Shown here one piece after another: positions 10,557 to 25,255 of a stretch of 64,000 nucleotides of DNA (its first letter is position 1; every line of letters starts with the position of its first letter). The notes under the pieces were generated by a model that was given only the letters and a program-made list of their open reading frames with translations, did no database searches and was not told where the DNA came from. The stretch lies in assembly GCA_964016885.1 (NCBI GenBank), contig OZ024752.1, forward strand, positions 2,914,001 through 2,978,000. Reading direction: 5' to 3'. Source of the DNA: Eledone cirrhosa (taxonomy: Eukaryota). The translations under genes were made by a program, and so were the position numbers.

Positions 10557-12031
10557 CATACATATATATATATACATATATATGCGCGTGTGTGTGTACA
10601 AGTTTATAACCAATAATTTCTGCAAAATTATGCAAATTAATTTTAGAGTTTTAACCTGAACAGTGAGAATAAGGTCATTTTACCAGACTATTTGTCTATC
10701 ACTCACCTTTCCCGATATCAAACTACGGATATTATTTCAGTTTGACATTATATATCTGTCAATAACCATTAAAATCGTAATATGTCAATAGACATTTTTT
10801 ATTCATTGTAATTAAGAATATCATATAAAAATCTATTGTTATACTTATAATCGCCAATCGTTTCTCCATCTTTCCTTCGGCGTTGTTAGTAGTTCGATGA
10901 GTCTGCCATACAAATTATGACCAATTATCTGCTTGACTCATTAGTTTGTCTTCAGAATCTTGAGATCGGTTGAAATCACATCTCATGTTATGGGTCCAAA
11001 TGCCGTATACGCAAGACCTAAAGAAATAGTAATATTCCAAACTTCAAATACGTCGAGACCAATGAGACCTGGATAATTTGAGTGTAGAATTCGATGCATG
11101 ATGTAATTCAGTCCAGGTATTTTTGATGAGAAAATGGCCCGACGATGAGCCCATGTTCTAATCTCCCGAGATAAGGAAGAGAAAGAGGAGGAATCGCTGT
11201 CATACCACTATCTCTTCAATATACGGAGACTATGTGTATATATACACAAGAATACACTAGTTTGTGTGTTTGCGTGTGTGTGTTTATGTATGTGTGTATA
11301 TTTGTGCAATTATGGATATTTTCCAAAATTAATCTGTTCTATTGATTTGCTTGAGATGATTTCATTAATTTCACTTTCCAAGAGTTATTTTATTTATTTA
11401 TTCATGTGATTACTTATTATATATGCAGTTAATACAGCCTTTAAAGTCTATTAGTCTTTTTAATGTGTATCAATCATACTTTTCTAGTATCTAGTGTCAT
11501 TTAGTAAATAGCACATTGAAGTCAAGTTCAATGAGTAAATACGTAATCGACTGAGTTAAGATGTAAGGAGGTGTAAAGAGATATTAGTAATAGAGAAATA
11601 TTACCTGCTGAGAAATATTAGAAATAGAAAAACCAAAGAGAATATAGGAAAGATCACGAGAGTAAGTTGGAATATTGGTGGGAGGGTGGAGGATTCTCGA
11701 AGTGGAGTAGTTCTAATATTGCAATAAAACTAAATTGCATACACAGTTGGCTGAAAAACGATGATCGAATCTTTATTGCTTGGTTTTGTTATTAGATTAT
11801 ATACACAAGCAAAGAAATAAATAATGGGCCCTCCTCATGTTCCCTATTAATAATTATAATTTCTGAAAGAGTAAAGTAGAAGATATAAGAAATAGTCAGT
11901 GAAATCATTGACTGGTTATTTCATGATTGATTGGTTGGTGAGTGGCTGCCGCTTAGTTTGAGGATCTATACATAGATGCATTCCATCCATGACCATTACG
12001 TGTGTTTTCAAGTTATATATGTCTACGACGA

Positions 12032-12190
12032 GGTGGCATATTAGCAGTGTCGTTAGAACTTCGGATAGAATGATTTATGGTGTTCGTTCAGGCTCTCTGC
12101 TCAATATGTTCAAATACCACCTATGTCCACTTTGCCTTTCACCCTTTCGAGGTCAAAAAAGAAAGTACCAGCGTAGTACTGTGGTCGATT
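12032..12190 (+). mobile_element. Old tRNA-derived SINE copy
   Basis: Degenerate A/B boxes (ttagcagtgtcgttag, gttcaaata) plus core actttgcctttcaccctttcgaggtc...aaagtaccag shared with the younger SINEs. Confidence 0.65.
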
Positions 12191-12665
12191 CTTCCTCTCT
12201 CTGGAAGAATTCTGCTGTACTCAGGCCTGGAGAGGTATGGGGTCCACCAGGCTTAACATGCCCAAGAAACGCAGTATATCAACACGGTGTCCCTACCAAT
12301 CTGTCACGAGTCACAGGGCCATCCATACATATTTACATACATGTCTAGGAGTACATTTTACAATATAATTTAAAATAGTATTGCATAAATAAATTATGTA
12401 AGCAGAATCTAGCAAGTTTGCAACTAATTACCGATCAATGTGGTATGGTACAATTGAAGCAGCGTTTCAATATACTTGTACAAAGTTTAGGTCACACATA
12501 TTAGAAGAGCACACACGTGATCATACCCTTGCAAATGTTTCAAAAATGTATCAAAATGAATAAAAAAAATAAATAAATAAACATAAAATGTCAATACCTA
12601 ATAACATTTAAATATAGTTTTATGTTCAACAATCATATAGACATAATCAATGTAGAGATCAAATG

Positions 12666-12708
<43 letters not shown>

Positions 12709-14142
12709 TTGCGTGCGTGTGGATATGTTTGTGTTTGTATGCATGGATGCGTGTATGTATGTAACGATGTATATATGTATCTGTGTGTGTGTGTGTCTGT
12801 ATAGTTTTCAAATTAGGTATACCAAATCAGAAGGAAGCACATCCGAAAGCCATCATTTTGTTATATAATTGCTCCTGTGCTAGCTATAACAGGTAGATCT
12901 CCCTCATATCATATACTACCATTGGAGAAAAGGGAAGTAGCTCATTATATGTGGTGCTTCCAGTTAGAATATAACTTCATTGGCTCTGATGATATGAATG
13001 CTCAATTGTGGCTGACATGATATATAAACATTGTGTTCACCAGCAAACAAATGTTCATTTCCTTTAATTAACCAAACGTTTAGAACGATTGTTAAATAAT
13101 TGACTGGCTTCACTAATATTATTCAGGCACGATATTACACTTTCGGTAAATATTTAATACACCGACCTCAGTATCCTGTCCATGTATTGCAACTCTGACC
13201 TGTATTACGTATTCTTAACCCCTTGAAATAAAATGGTCTAGAATAGTTTCTCTTTTTCTATCTCTAAATCTATCTCGTCCTCTCTAAAATCTATATCCTC
13301 TGCCACATAATTTCCAGCTCACATCACTAATATTTTCAGAGCTTCCAACAGCCGTGATGTTTCAACAATGCAAGTTAAATCGAAAGTCGAGCAGTGCTTG
13401 CATTAACTGTATTAAATAGACATAGAGTTAAAAACTACATTATATTCATGATGTAGTATTGTAAGTATAACTCTATATTTTTCCTATTTGAGTGTAAATT
13501 ATTTGCAAATTGCAAGCAAAAAAGGGAAGGTATATCAGGTTATCTGCAAATATATGTAAAATTAGACTCAGGCAACGTCAATCTATATTTTAAGTAGTTG
13601 TATGACATACATATTGATTTCTGGGGAAAGTACAATGTCTCAGTTTTATTTAATACTAGCAGAATGACCCGGCGTTGCTCGGGCTTCTAAATATAGATTG
13701 GCATGTGTATCCCTCCGTACTAAGAGTGAGAAATGAAACTTCGTTTCATTCTATTCCATTTATCGTTTTCGGTACTCACTCGATATGCAAATTAGGCTGC
13801 TCAGCAGGAAAGTATATACTTTCATAAGGAAAATATATACTTTCAGACGTTCAACCATCTGGCAGGAAAGTATACGATACTGACGATAACTAATAAGCTT
13901 GAAACTAGTACATACTTCCTGTGTCAGTGTTGAACAAAATCGTGATGTGGTTGCCTAAACACTGTACGGCGTAATTCAGGATGTTTGTTTGTTTACAAAC
14001 AAACAAACCGAGCATTATAATAAATGTTCTGTAAACCGATACGTGCATATATATATATGCATATATGTATACATACATACATTCTTACATTTAAGTAACT
14101 GGCGTACTAAGGGTGAGAAATGAAATTTCGTTTCATTCTATT

Positions 14143-14184
<42 letters not shown>

Positions 14185-14408
14185 ATAATAATATATTTGA
14201 AGACTAAAATCCAAAGAGGGCTCGATAAGGATAAATATATATCAAATATATAAGAACCGTAGAGCAAATATTTATTAAAATAACAGATTCAATTTTAAGC
14301 AAAAAATAGCTGCTCTCACCCTTAACGCGATCTTCTGAAACTCAGTTTCAGAAGATCCCGTTAAGGGTGAAAGCTGCGATTATTTGCTTAAACTTTAATC
14401 TGTTATTT

Positions 14409-14412
<4 letters not shown>
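14185..14412. repeat. Family X fragments forming a head-to-head palindrome (centre ~14343)
   Basis: ttaaaataacagattcaattttaagc...gatcttctgaaactcagtttcagaagatc...gcttaaactttaatctgttattttaa; (TA)n on both sides. Confidence 0.8.
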
Positions 14413-14446
<34 letters not shown>

Positions 14447-14552
14447 AAATATTTTGTATATCCAAAGAAATACTGTTTTAGGAAGTTGTAGCTATGCAAA
14501 CACTAGGAGGCTAACGCCCTCTGGTGATGTCCAGAAGAAGCAAGGGGGGCAA

Positions 14553-14594
14553 CCGTCTATGCTTTCCAGGCTTAACTGGCCATCCTCAGGAGGG
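14553..14594 (-). ncRNA. Minimal type I hammerhead ribozyme
   Basis: Minus strand: ccctc CTGAGGA tGGC-cagttaa-GCCtg GAAA gcaTA gacgg. Confidence 0.65.
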
Positions 14595-15011
14595 TCCCTC
14601 CCACCGCTTGCGACTGCTGGACTAGAAGATAGGTGAGAACATATAGTTTTCTCGTCTGTGTAAATGAGGTGATTAATCTCATTTGCATATGAAGCTGCAT
14701 AAGCTGGCTCAACTTATAATAGAAAAGAAATAGGATTTCGCTTCAAGCATAGCTTTATACTCTCGCCTGGATATTCTCGCCTGTCTTCTAGTCCCCGGCC
14801 TCCTAAAACCGTATTTCTTTGGAGATACGAAATATTTTACATATTGTATAAAGCTATGCTTGAAGCTAAATGCTATTTCTTTTCTGTTATAAGTTGAGCC
14901 AACTTATGCAGCTTCATATGCAAATAAGATTAATCACCTCATTTACACAGACGAGAAAACTATATATTCTCGCCTGTTTTCTTGTCCAGCAGTCGCAAGC
15001 GTTGGCATAGC

Positions 15012-15053
15012 CCGTCCTGATGATGGCCAGTTAAGTCTGAAATGTATAGACTG
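15012..15053 (+). ncRNA. Minimal type I hammerhead ribozyme
   Basis: ccgtc CTGATGA tggc-cagttaa-gtct GAAA tgtaTA gactg. The consensus with the minus copy restores stems CCGTC/GACGG and GGC/GCC. Confidence 0.7.
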
Positions 15054-16815
15054 TTGTCCTTGTTCCTGTTGGACATCACCAAAAGGCGTTAGCCATGCGG
15101 TGTTTGCATAGCTACGGCTTCCTAAAACCGTATTTCTTTGGAGATACGAAATATTTATACATATTGTATAAAGCTATGCTTGAAGCGAAATCCTATTTCT
15201 TTTCATATATATATATCAAAATAACAGATTAAAGTTTAAGCAAAGAAGCACTGCTGTCACTCTTAACGGGATCTTCTAAAACTAAAAAAAATCAATCTCT
15301 GAACGCAGAAGTAAACATTTCGAAAAACGTTTCAATCGAAGGAAAAAAAGGAAGACGATACTTTGGTTCGTGAAGAGGTTCCCTGGCAATGAACGGAAAA
15401 TAGCGAAGATAATACGTCAGAAATGAGAACAATGTTTTGATAATATCGTAATGCAGATCTCAGACATACAAACATGTATTATAAGGGCGCGACGTTATAG
15501 CTATGTATCTAATTAAAAAGACAGACTAATAACGAGAGAGAGAGAGAGATCGCTAACCGGCTCCTCAAACGCCTTTAAAAACAGAAAATTGAAAAATTAA
15601 AGCAAGGAATATATAAATGCTAGTTTGAAGTCAATCGGAGTAGAAATGTGGATTTCTTTGCAAAAATTAGGACACACACACACACACACAGACAATTTCA
15701 GTTTTATATATATGTATAGACAATATCAGGAATTTCATGATTTTCTAAAGCATATTAACCAATATAAGTGAATTGAAATGACGAACGGAGACATTGTAAA
15801 CATATTAAGTTCTAGGCTCACAAAGTGATACCATGCTGTATCACTCACGAACTCTGTTAAATTGAGCATGGTTTTATCGACAGTTTCCTATGTGAGGAAT
15901 GGAGATATGTATCACTTTATTTCAAGTCTCATGTTATAGTTGGGAAGATGTTAGCAAGGTACCACCTATCCAGCAAAATATTTACAACAGAGTGAACAAA
16001 AATATACATAACGAAATACATGTTGTTGACGTTAAATAGTTTGGTAGATTATATATTTTCCTCACATTATCCATACAACAGACTTAACTTAATCAGAAAT
16101 ATACAAATACATCTGAATAATCATGGCTAGAACTTGTTTGATTACAGGTCTGAAATCATTATATTTATCTGGAATTACGTGAAAAGTTTTGTATTGCAAT
16201 TTCTCATGTTTTATAATATTTAAGTGATAATTATGTTAAATCTAACAAAGTAAAGGCTTCAATATATATAATGCAAAGTGATAATGTTCTCACAAATTCA
16301 TCATAACTCCATACAAATCTAGATGAACATTTCATATTCTCTTATAGTATATGAAACATTACAAAAATACAATCGCAAATATTTTGTAAGATTTTAATAG
16401 GATACATTTTATTCATATTCTTATGAAATGACAACACGCAAAATGGTATGGTTGAAGACAGGAAATGGTAAAATTCCTATTAAATTCTAACAATAGAAGA
16501 CTTCCTTTGAATAACACATGAAGCAGACAAACAATAGAATTCATATCTAGATAGTAGGAGGAAAGATAAAAGTGGAATATTAAAGAATAAAACTTATTAG
16601 AAATGTGCTATGTCAGTCATACATGTTAGATTTACATTTTCATTTCATTTCAGAATTTTTCAAAATAATGATTTATTGCCAACTAAAATATGTATACTTG
16701 CGTTATGTATATACGCTGGAGACATTTTGTGAATTATATATCAATATGAATATATTTCTACTTTATATATTAACGACAAGATAAACAGACGGTTCAGTGT
16801 GCAAGCCATGGTACA

Positions 16816-16882
<67 letters not shown>

Positions 16883-17092
16883 TCTTGTGAAGCAAGACTC
16901 CGCCAGTTGCAGACTGCGCATCAACAGAAGATATTTCTCTCCACAAAGTTCGATCACCAACAGCAGAGTTTAAAGAGGAAACATCAAGTCCAGTCCATTA
17001 TCAAGCCATCGTTTTGGCTGCCGGCATCTGCTTCTATACTAGCCAAACTTCCTTCAAGGTATAATCTACTGCCACCACCAGTTGATCTTTTT
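16883..17092 (-). mobile_element. 3' end relic of an RTE-like LINE
   Basis: With frameshifts the minus strand gives LEG...GRQPKRWLDN..DWT...DRTLWREIS, the typical RTE ORF2 C-terminus. Confidence 0.5.
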
Positions 17093-17179
17093 ATATGACT
17101 GTATAGTTTGAATATGTATAGTTGTATATATGTATATATGTATATATGTATATATGTATATATGTATATATGTCTGCAT

Positions 17180-18120
17180 GTCAGGTCAGGTCGCTATTCA
17201 GCGCTACTGGTAAAATGAAACCCAGTACAACCTGTGCATGGTCGGGTTATCGGCGACTAAACCAACAATCCCACTAAGTTTTCTTTGTTGGGGAAGGTAA
17301 GGTTACACTCCCCGAGAGATGAAAAGCAAAACCCATCAAATGCCGGAAGTAGTCAGCTGAGTCAACGGCCATCCAAGAAAGTATTGTTGGTGGGTTAGGG
17401 TATCGAGAGAATCATAGTCTTCATTAAGTTATCTCTCTAAGAGAAGGAAACTCTGATATAAAACTCAACAACTTCGTTTGCATCCAATGATGTGGAGCAG
17501 TTATTCTTTTCGGGCAAATGCATTCGATGTTCATAGAGAGGGATGGACTCTGTGCAAAGCCTTTCCTTACTTAAACAAATCTTCAAGCAGAGGCATCGCT
17601 TGATATGTGAAACTTGTTGGATGCATTGTACTGCTGTCCATAGACAAGTCCTTAGCAGTATTAAAATGCCACGTTTTTGATGCTCGTGCTTAAGTATCAA
17701 GCTGTGTATTTACTCGTAATCAAGTTCCAGCCACCACCTATGTATGTACGTATACATAAAAAGTCGGTTTATGATGCAGGCAGGCGTGTTCTGGGATTGG
17801 TAAAAAAAAGCATTGAAACCGGTTTAAAGAAAATGATGAACATATGGATGAATTGTTGGCTGATAAGAGGCGTGCTCTCTCACGCTACTTGGTAGTAAAG
17901 ACACAGGAGAATAATTTGTTGCATAAGGAACTCAAGGTTGTGTAATCACGTGTTAGGAGGAGGATCTCTCAGATGAAAGATCTGTGGCGGAGTGAGAAGG
18001 CTGATGAGATACAAGCTGCATCAGATTCCATAAACTTTATGTTTATGGACGTGAAGTTTATGGACTGTCTTCTCTGTTGACACCGCCTCGCATTGTTAAA
18101 AACGATCATCAGATTTGCGT
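17180..18120 (+). mobile_element. Degenerate RTE-like LINE (5' UTR + EN-RT linker fragment)
   Basis: 5'-UTR-like gaaggaaactctgatataaaac. 17805-18035 translates KKH*NRFKENDEHMDELLADKR...RRRISQMKDLWRSEKADEIQAASDS, matching the RTE KHQDWFDEND...WW..KA.EIQ..AD pattern. Confidence 0.65.
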
Positions 18121-18518
18121 ATGGTTAGATACGATTTGAGTGTGATTTGGCTCTTATTTTAGCCATCTGACGAATGATAGTATTAGTGGTGTTGTGCACA
18201 GATATAACTGTATCATACGCCTCAACTAGTCTCCGTTCAACTAAAATATACACTGCAAGCATGAGCACCTATAATACGCAAGTTAGTACGGCAATTTTGG
18301 ATACAGTTACCAGTGATAATCTATATAAAGTCCTCATTGCTCATGAAAGCCAATTACGTTTGAAAATTAAAGTGATATATCATTTCGCAGGTCTATACGA
18401 AATGCTTATACGTGATATGAACTGAAAGTGCGTACATTTATATTCAAATTAATGTATTCTCGGTTATCTACATAATGTATGGAAAAAGATAAATTTATCA
18501 TAAACATACCTACACACG

Positions 18519-18579
<61 letters not shown>

Positions 18580-18657
18580 TATTAATAATGAGTTCAACAC
18601 TCAGGCAGTCTTTTACAATGAAATAGCTCAAAGGAAGAAGTATTTCTGAGCCGTGTA

Positions 18658-19574
<917 letters not shown>

Positions 19575-19829
19575 TACGCGTGCATGCATGCATGGCGTGT
19601 GTTTTGCGTATGCACGTGCAGGTACCTATATAGATCTGTGCATGTATATATTTAATTATTATTACTTTTATGATATTAATAACCTCTGTCATTTTCGTTG
19701 ACATAATTTACTTACATGATTGTTAACTCCGAGGCTGAGAATCATTCGGTTTCCTGAACAGAATATTCGTCTAATGACTCTATTTATGCCATAAACGTGG
19801 TTTGGCCTTCGCGTGTAATTGTTCTCTAC

Positions 19830-20039
19830 GGTCCACATAACGACGTATTATCTTCGCTTTTTTCCGTTCAATGCAAGTGGACGTCTTCACGAACCAAAGT
19901 AACGTCTTCCTGCTTTCCAACGTTTTTCGAAATATTTACTTCTACGTTCACAGATTGATTTTTATTAGTTTCATAAGATCCCATTAAGGGTGAAAGCAGC
20001 GATTCTTTGCTTCAACTTTAATCTGTTATTTTAATAAAT

Positions 20040-20124
<85 letters not shown>

Positions 20125-20222
20125 TATATGTATCTAGGGTTCTTAGATATTTGATTTATATTTATCCTTATCGAGCCCTCTTTGGATTTCACATTTATTT
20201 GGATTTCACATTTATTATTATT
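19830..20222 (+). repeat. Family X copy interrupted by (CA)n(TA)n
   Basis: Reverse complement of 15218-15420 and of 14185-14340 (e.g. tttatccttatcgagccctcttttggattt). Confidence 0.75.
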
Positions 20223-20225
20223 ACT

Positions 20226-20256
<31 letters not shown>

Positions 20257-20438
20257 GAAGAAATTTAGTATAGAAATCGTTTCCTTCGAATGAACCAGTT
20301 TTATTCCTGTAGAAGTCATTTCTATATTAAATATATTGTTTACACTCTACTAATGAACTGAAACCCCTACTTATTCTTGTTACTCCCGATTGAGCACACG
20401 ACTCACACACACACACATATACAATCACACACACCCAC

Positions 20439-20536
<98 letters not shown>

Positions 20537-21196
20537 ATAAAACTGAATTCTATGTTAAATCATATATTATGTGTGTTTTCCATATTCCCTATATGAATGT
20601 TCCTCATGTTTGTCATGTGATAATTTGCTCTTAATCTTAAATGCAATATTTTATGTCACACAGAATAATGCTCTCATGTATCTATGTATACATATACATT
20701 AATTTGCTGTTATATGAATACAATTTTCCATTAATATTTATCTTAAATATGTTGTCATAAAATTAATATCATTATTAATATGTTTGCGCTTTAAACATAA
20801 TTATCTTCAAATAATTGATGATTTAGTCTTCTCGTTTTCATTACTTAGAAATTTGTATTATTTTATATAGTTGTTATATTTGTGTCTTTGTCTCTATGTT
20901 TTTCTCGTATGCATCTTTGATTTTTTGAGATTTTTAATAATTCTAAAGCGAACGACCTTTGCTTTGTCTGGCTATCAACATATGATATCAAATACAGTGA
21001 AATGGCTTCTCCGAAACACTTTTTTTGTTTCTAAGTGAATTTTAATGATACTACCATCTTATTTACGAATCAATATGTGTTTAATGAAAGATGCTTTCGA
21101 TAACATGAAAGAAATGTGTTTATGTGTACAAATTACCATTAAAGAAACCTAACAGCCTTTCAGAGCAAAATTAATTTAAGCCTCGGAATGCTTGTA

Positions 21197-21456
<260 letters not shown>

Positions 21457-24400
21457 TTATCTCACTTGTGGAAGTTAATTTCCGTTTCAATCTCTCTAGT
21501 TTACCGTTTGACTTGAAATACTGTAATGAAAAATATATAGAATTTTATATTATAGAACCAATTCTATAAATACAACCTAAGATGTACTGATAATAGTTTA
21601 GAGGGTAATGACGGTAATTATATTGTGATAATAAAACTACAAATGCAATCACAAACCAATAAAGCGAATTTGTTCCTAGAATCTAAACTTTTAAAATTTA
21701 AATAAAGTGGTACATACACTTTCATATCATTTGTTGAAAGACTCACAATTATTGCGCATGCGAAATAATCATTAGGGGCACATTCGATGTATTTTGCTAA
21801 AGGTCAGTTAAACCGAGGTTAAATTTAGACTAATCAACAACATTGATACAAACTGAAAATCGACTGCCACTTCCCTGTCAACCAAGTTTAACCACAACTT
21901 ACATTTCCTTAATTGTATAAGTAATGTATAATTTAGTAATCTTCATTAACACTGAAAAAGAACAAGCAACAAAGACATCATTCAGCTTTTTGAATGATGT
22001 TGTTGTTTAGATCTTATCAAATCAGACCCAGTAAACCTATGATTTAAAATGTTATGGGTAGGAGTATTTATGTATATTTACAAATGCACAACTACATGCT
22101 ACATTAAGAACTATTTAAATTTGGTAACGAGTAACCTAAGTCAAATCATTCAGCTACTATTTACGAAGGGTTTCTGCAATTGTATGTTTGTCTTTAGACC
22201 AATTGTTGTAAACAGACACCAAGAAATATTGACAAGATATATTATAAACTGTTAAATGGGACAAAAATATATTTGTACTAACAAAAATATTAGAATAATT
22301 GCTTTATCCCCATAGCAATATAATAACAGACTGATGCATTGCAATGTACCGTAACGTATACATATTGATAATCGAGAAAATGTAGCAATTCGAACAGGAC
22401 ACGTTTGAACAATCACCAAACAAAGTATGCTCATCCTCCAATCAAGCAGAGTTCATTATCCAATAGCCATATATTGCGTACCATTGAACCAAAACCAATT
22501 GAACTTTTAATTAGCACACTTCTGTATACGTACACATTATGGTTACATAATTAGTTAAATAAAAAGTAATTACTTATTTATTTTATATTAGCAATGTTTG
22601 GATCATTCAATATTCCCTTTTGTCAAACATATAATGGCTAAGACTCCCAAATAAAATGTGTACACGATAGTTTATTACCTCTTGATGTATAGAAAAATGT
22701 AGGATCGTTCTGAAGAGTTTCTAGAAGTAAAAGATAAATCAGGTTTAAAATACCGGCTTGAAAAACGGCCGCTGCTTTTAGTAATCCTAGATATCATATG
22801 CCTAGATAAAGCATCGACTACGACAGGAATTGCATTTCCTAATGTGTCCACTGAGCTTTAACTGATCATTTGTCAACATCAATAGATATTGTCTTGTGTC
22901 GATTACAAGGAACACCTTCTACATGTGTACTAAGAAGAAAATGGTTCAGGTATTAGATACAGCCTGACGCTGCCTACACTATATATAATAAAAAATATAT
23001 TATCTTGGCTCGTGACTGCTACAAATGAACATAATAAAAGATTAGCATGGAACTTATTTTGAAAAACATAAAACCCGTAGAATTATTCAGAGGTTAGTAT
23101 ACAATCATTATAACATATAAACTATATTGCCGGGGAAAATAAAGAACTGAAAAATTAGCAATGAAAATGTCAGCTTCGTTAATAATGAAGAATAAGTTGA
23201 ATAGCAAATCACATTGTGAAGAATAACTTATTAAAAAAGATCAATCAAAGAAAGCAGAAAATATGAAAATATTAGACAAATATGGGATAGAAAGTTATCA
23301 GTAAACAATGAAAAAGCAGAAGCAGTAACAAAAAATGAAAAACAAGCAGTTAAAGAAGAAACAAAAGCAAGAATTAATACATGAATTGTAAAATATGATT
23401 GATTCTTAGACATTATTGCTAAGACCATTAATATTTATATTGTATTATGGATAAGAAAAAATATATTTTAAGCAACATCTTCCAGAGTGGAGTGAATGGC
23501 TGAGAAAAGAATGGTTGTCTACTATGAACACACATACTATGAATTCATATTATTTAGTTGTGGGTTGCTCTGTATCTGTCTAGCATACTAATTACATGCT
23601 AAAAAGATGTAACATTTGTTCATATGCAAACAGTGATACACTGGCCTGCATAGTTATCATCTGCTAAATGTCACATAGACTAGTCTATATCTTCCAATTC
23701 TTTAACAGTAAAGACATTGAGGAAATGTAAGGTATATCATGTCTTCGAAAAACATGCATTAATTAATTTCAGCAAAATCTGGTGTTCTAAATGTGTATAA
23801 CACTTGTAGATATTTCAGTGTATTGATAGGGGAAATATAAGCACTATTTTAGATTTCATAACGGGATGCAATATATAAGGAAAATGATTTGGCAATATTA
23901 AATCTCAGAGTACCGGATCAACTTCCCTACTACGTGTTTTAGAAACAAAAGATGATATCCACTATCCGTTGATAGGAAGTATCAGTATATTCTGTGGTAT
24001 GATTTTGTTAGTACTAACTGTAATATAGAGTATTTGTTTACAGATAACTATAGTGTTTGCAGTGTGTTTCAGTGGGATGAATTTTGTTTGTTGTTCATGA
24101 AGATTTGTAACTTAATGCTGAGAAAAGGTACACAGATATATAAAGCATTATTTGTATGAAGAAGGAATTGAGCAACATCATTATTTCGTTGTAGAAATTA
24201 ACGAAAACAAGGGAAACAAGAAGAAGGGATGCGGAAATTTGAGATGGTGATCAGTGAGAGTGAACTATAAAAGTATACATCCTCTTTACGCATTTGAAGT
24301 TTGTTGTGACTTGGTTATAACAGCTGATTGACTACGATCCCCATCAATCTAATTATAAATTTCTACATGCTAAAGCATATTAACGAGCTAATCGTGATGA

Positions 24401-25255
24401 TTCTTTCAAATAATAATATATTGACTGCCATCAGAAAATATTTAAATGCTCTGACTTTTATAAGAAATTCTGGTTCTTAAGAAACCACATTTAATCAAAG
24501 TTATATCATTAACATATTTAAGAGAAAACACTCTGTTACGTGTTAAGGAGACAAACTACCTTATGGGTATGTTAGATTATTTTGTCAAATGTTGAATTTG
24601 TTAAAATTGTCATCATTCCTTTAATGCATGGTATGTCTATTAAAGTTGCTTATGTGCATTTTACTAAATTCGTAATGCAATATATTCTTGTTTTATTCAA
24701 ATTTTACTGTGTGGCATTAAGTACACTCACCATGTTTTGAAACGCTCTTTAACTGTCTATCTATATCTCAGTTTCTCTCCCCCACCTCTCTCTCTATCTC
24801 TCTATTTCTCTCTCTTCCTCTCTCTCTCTATCCATCTCTCTTGCTCTCAATATATATATATGTATGGCTGTTTCACTGAAACAATATAGATAAGAAAAAA
24901 ATAGATTCAGTATATTCATCGTTTAGCTTAGCTAAACGATGAATATACAGTTGCACAGTATACATGTGTGTTTATAAGGATTTACGTGTTGCACACATGT
25001 ATATACATCTACTTAGGGTGAATACTATATAGGTTGTCTTTTGGACGATGCCTGAGTGTGTGTACACACAAAAAAATACAATCCACTAAATAATTATTTT
25101 CCTGTGTTTCTTGAAAGGACTATTTATTTTATGCGTTTTGCTTTGACTGACTTTTAGCAAAAGGAAACATAGTTCTTAGATAGATTACAACAAAGCTTTT
25201 CAAATTATTTACAAATGTATATAGCCATGGAAGCTGATAAATAATAATTTTTTTA

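Larger units (their letters stand above)
14440..15205. mobile_element. HHR-bearing ~320-bp repeat unit: inverted copy plus 1.25 tandem copies
   Basis: 14440-14760 is the reverse complement of ~14847-15165; 14801-14885 is directly repeated at 15121-15205; (TA)n on both flanks. Confidence 0.8.
13655..15720. mobile_element. Helentron/HINE (DINE-1-like) non-autonomous element with nested insertions
   Basis: One end is actag...CCCGGcgttgcTCGGG (GC hairpin). The other end, tcaatcggagtagaaatgtggat..(CA)n..tttcagttttatatatatgtatag, resembles a HINE terminus. Recognised by pattern only. Confidence 0.5.

Noticed and set aside
10860-11090. Coding-looking minus-strand stretch (SNYPGLIGLDVFEVWNITISLGLAYTAFGP)
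   Set aside because: Short, stops follow, and there are no clear splice boundaries or recognisable family.
13876-13915. CTGACGA...GAAActagTA hammerhead-like string
   Set aside because: Stems I and II do not pair convincingly; at best a relic.
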